A DNA stretch of 64,000 bases from Eledone cirrhosa (lineage: Eukaryota): contig OZ024741.1 of the NCBI GenBank assembly GCA_964016885.1, positions 78,306,001 through 78,370,000 of the forward strand, written 5' to 3'. The position numbers and the translations under genes were made by a program. Every line of letters begins with the position of its first letter. Positions within the stretch are counted from its first letter, which is position 1. The notes beneath the pieces were generated by a model. It was not told where the DNA came from, made no database searches, and worked only from the letters and a program-made list of their open reading frames with translations. Of this stretch, positions 62,703-64,000 are shown piece after piece.

Positions 62703-63451
62703 GATAAGAAGGGTAGAGTAGAATCCAAAGCCATGTAGTTGCAAAACGAACCTCTTAACCACACAGCCATGCATGTACGTACATTTGTGAATAACCACAA
62801 GTCTATGTTAAGTGCTAAATTTGTGAAAAGTCACTAGTCTATGTTGATTGGTGCATTCTTCAATGGTTAAGAATTAGGAACTTCCTATTTACATCAGGTT
62901 CTCACCTATCCCACTTCCTGGTGAGTATAAAGTCTATCTTGCTTGCATGAATATAAATATCTATACATAGAACTCTTGGTTAAGGAGATTATTTCACAAT
63001 CATGTGATCACAGGTTTCATCACATGTTGTGCTATCATGGGTTCTTGGATAAGTGTCTTTTACCATAGCTTTGGGTCACCCCCAAAATTGTGAATGAAAC
63101 TGTGTAGAGGGGAAATGTGTAGAAGTTTGGTGATAGATTGTACCTTAATTCAAAGGTCCAGCTTTGTCACATATTGTACCATTCTGATTCTGCTTGAAAA
63201 TTACATTTAATGTATACATGTTTGTGGAATACTCAGCCACTTACACATCCTCGAAACTGAGAGAGAATCCATCATGTAATGTGTGTATGTGCATTACTAT
63301 GTGTGTGTACATTATGTATGTATGTGTGTGTAATGTATGTAGACACTTTATAAAGATCAACATCAGGAATCACATAATGAAGCAATTCAAGAATGGTGTG
63401 AATGTTTCTTAAAATACAAGATGGTATTCTTGGTATTTTTCTCCCCTCTCC

Positions 63452-63483
<32 letters not shown>

Positions 63484-63791
63484 CTCTCATAGACACACAA
63501 ACACCAAAATATAGCTGACAAAAAATACATCAGGGAATTTTCTGCATACTAAAAATATAGTAAAGTCATATGTAATATATCTAAGATTATCCATGCAATT
63601 AATAGGTAAAAAATCCCCAAGAAAGTGTTTAAAATAATCTAAAAAAAATAAAGAAAAAAAATATAACAGATAATTCCAATAGAATTAGTGAAATTTTGGA
63701 AAATATACAAAATACAGTATGGGAATGTATCTTGTCTTTAAGGGCAGTTGGTGGAAGCAATTGAAATGTTTCAGTCAAATTAAACCTCTTC

Positions 63792-63833
63792 AGCAAACAT
63801 ACTCTACTCAATTGGCAAGATTAAGAATGCTTA

Positions 63834-63891
<58 letters not shown>

Positions 63892-64000
63892 TAAGCATTC
63901 TTAATCTTGCCAATTGAGTAGAGTAGAGTAGAGCAAACATACTCTACTCAATTGGCAAGATTAAGAATGCTTAGTATATATATATATATATATATATATA
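63792..64000. repeat. 43-bp unit in direct/inverted/direct arrangement around (TA)n
   Basis: 63792-63834, inverted 63891-63925, direct 63932-63974. Confidence 0.92.

Overview
This is eukaryotic, AT- and microsatellite-rich metazoan DNA. The repeat repertoire (RTE LINEs with (GAT)n tails, LINE-tailed tRNA-SINEs, very abundant (TA)n) suggests a cephalopod or other mollusc, which is an inference. One host gene is visible on the minus strand: an FGD5/FGD6-like RhoGEF with exons at 2871-3022, 4194-4289, 5512-7784 and 8906-9090, and probably 27949-28015. Most of the rest is transposon-derived: an intact RTE-type LINE (APE-RT-PHD, 1060 aa), many truncated copies, SINEs, non-autonomous Helitrons, two mariner/Tc1-superfamily elements, TTAA MITEs, and Penelope RT and GIY-YIG relics. 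Three signals stand out. (1) At least six unrelated short-repeat families carry type I hammerhead ribozyme motifs, each with a palindromic stem III. They often sit as divergent inverted pairs next to (TA)n tracts, and one forms a near-identical 310-bp retrozyme-like array with 5 ribozymes. (2) The LINE has long-range complementarity between the region around its second in-frame ATG and its 3' UTR, and a separate copy has lost exactly the looped-out 3.2 kb. (3) (TA)n tracts sit at nearly every truncation or inversion junction. All motif and structure calls were made by eye, and none is experimentally verified.
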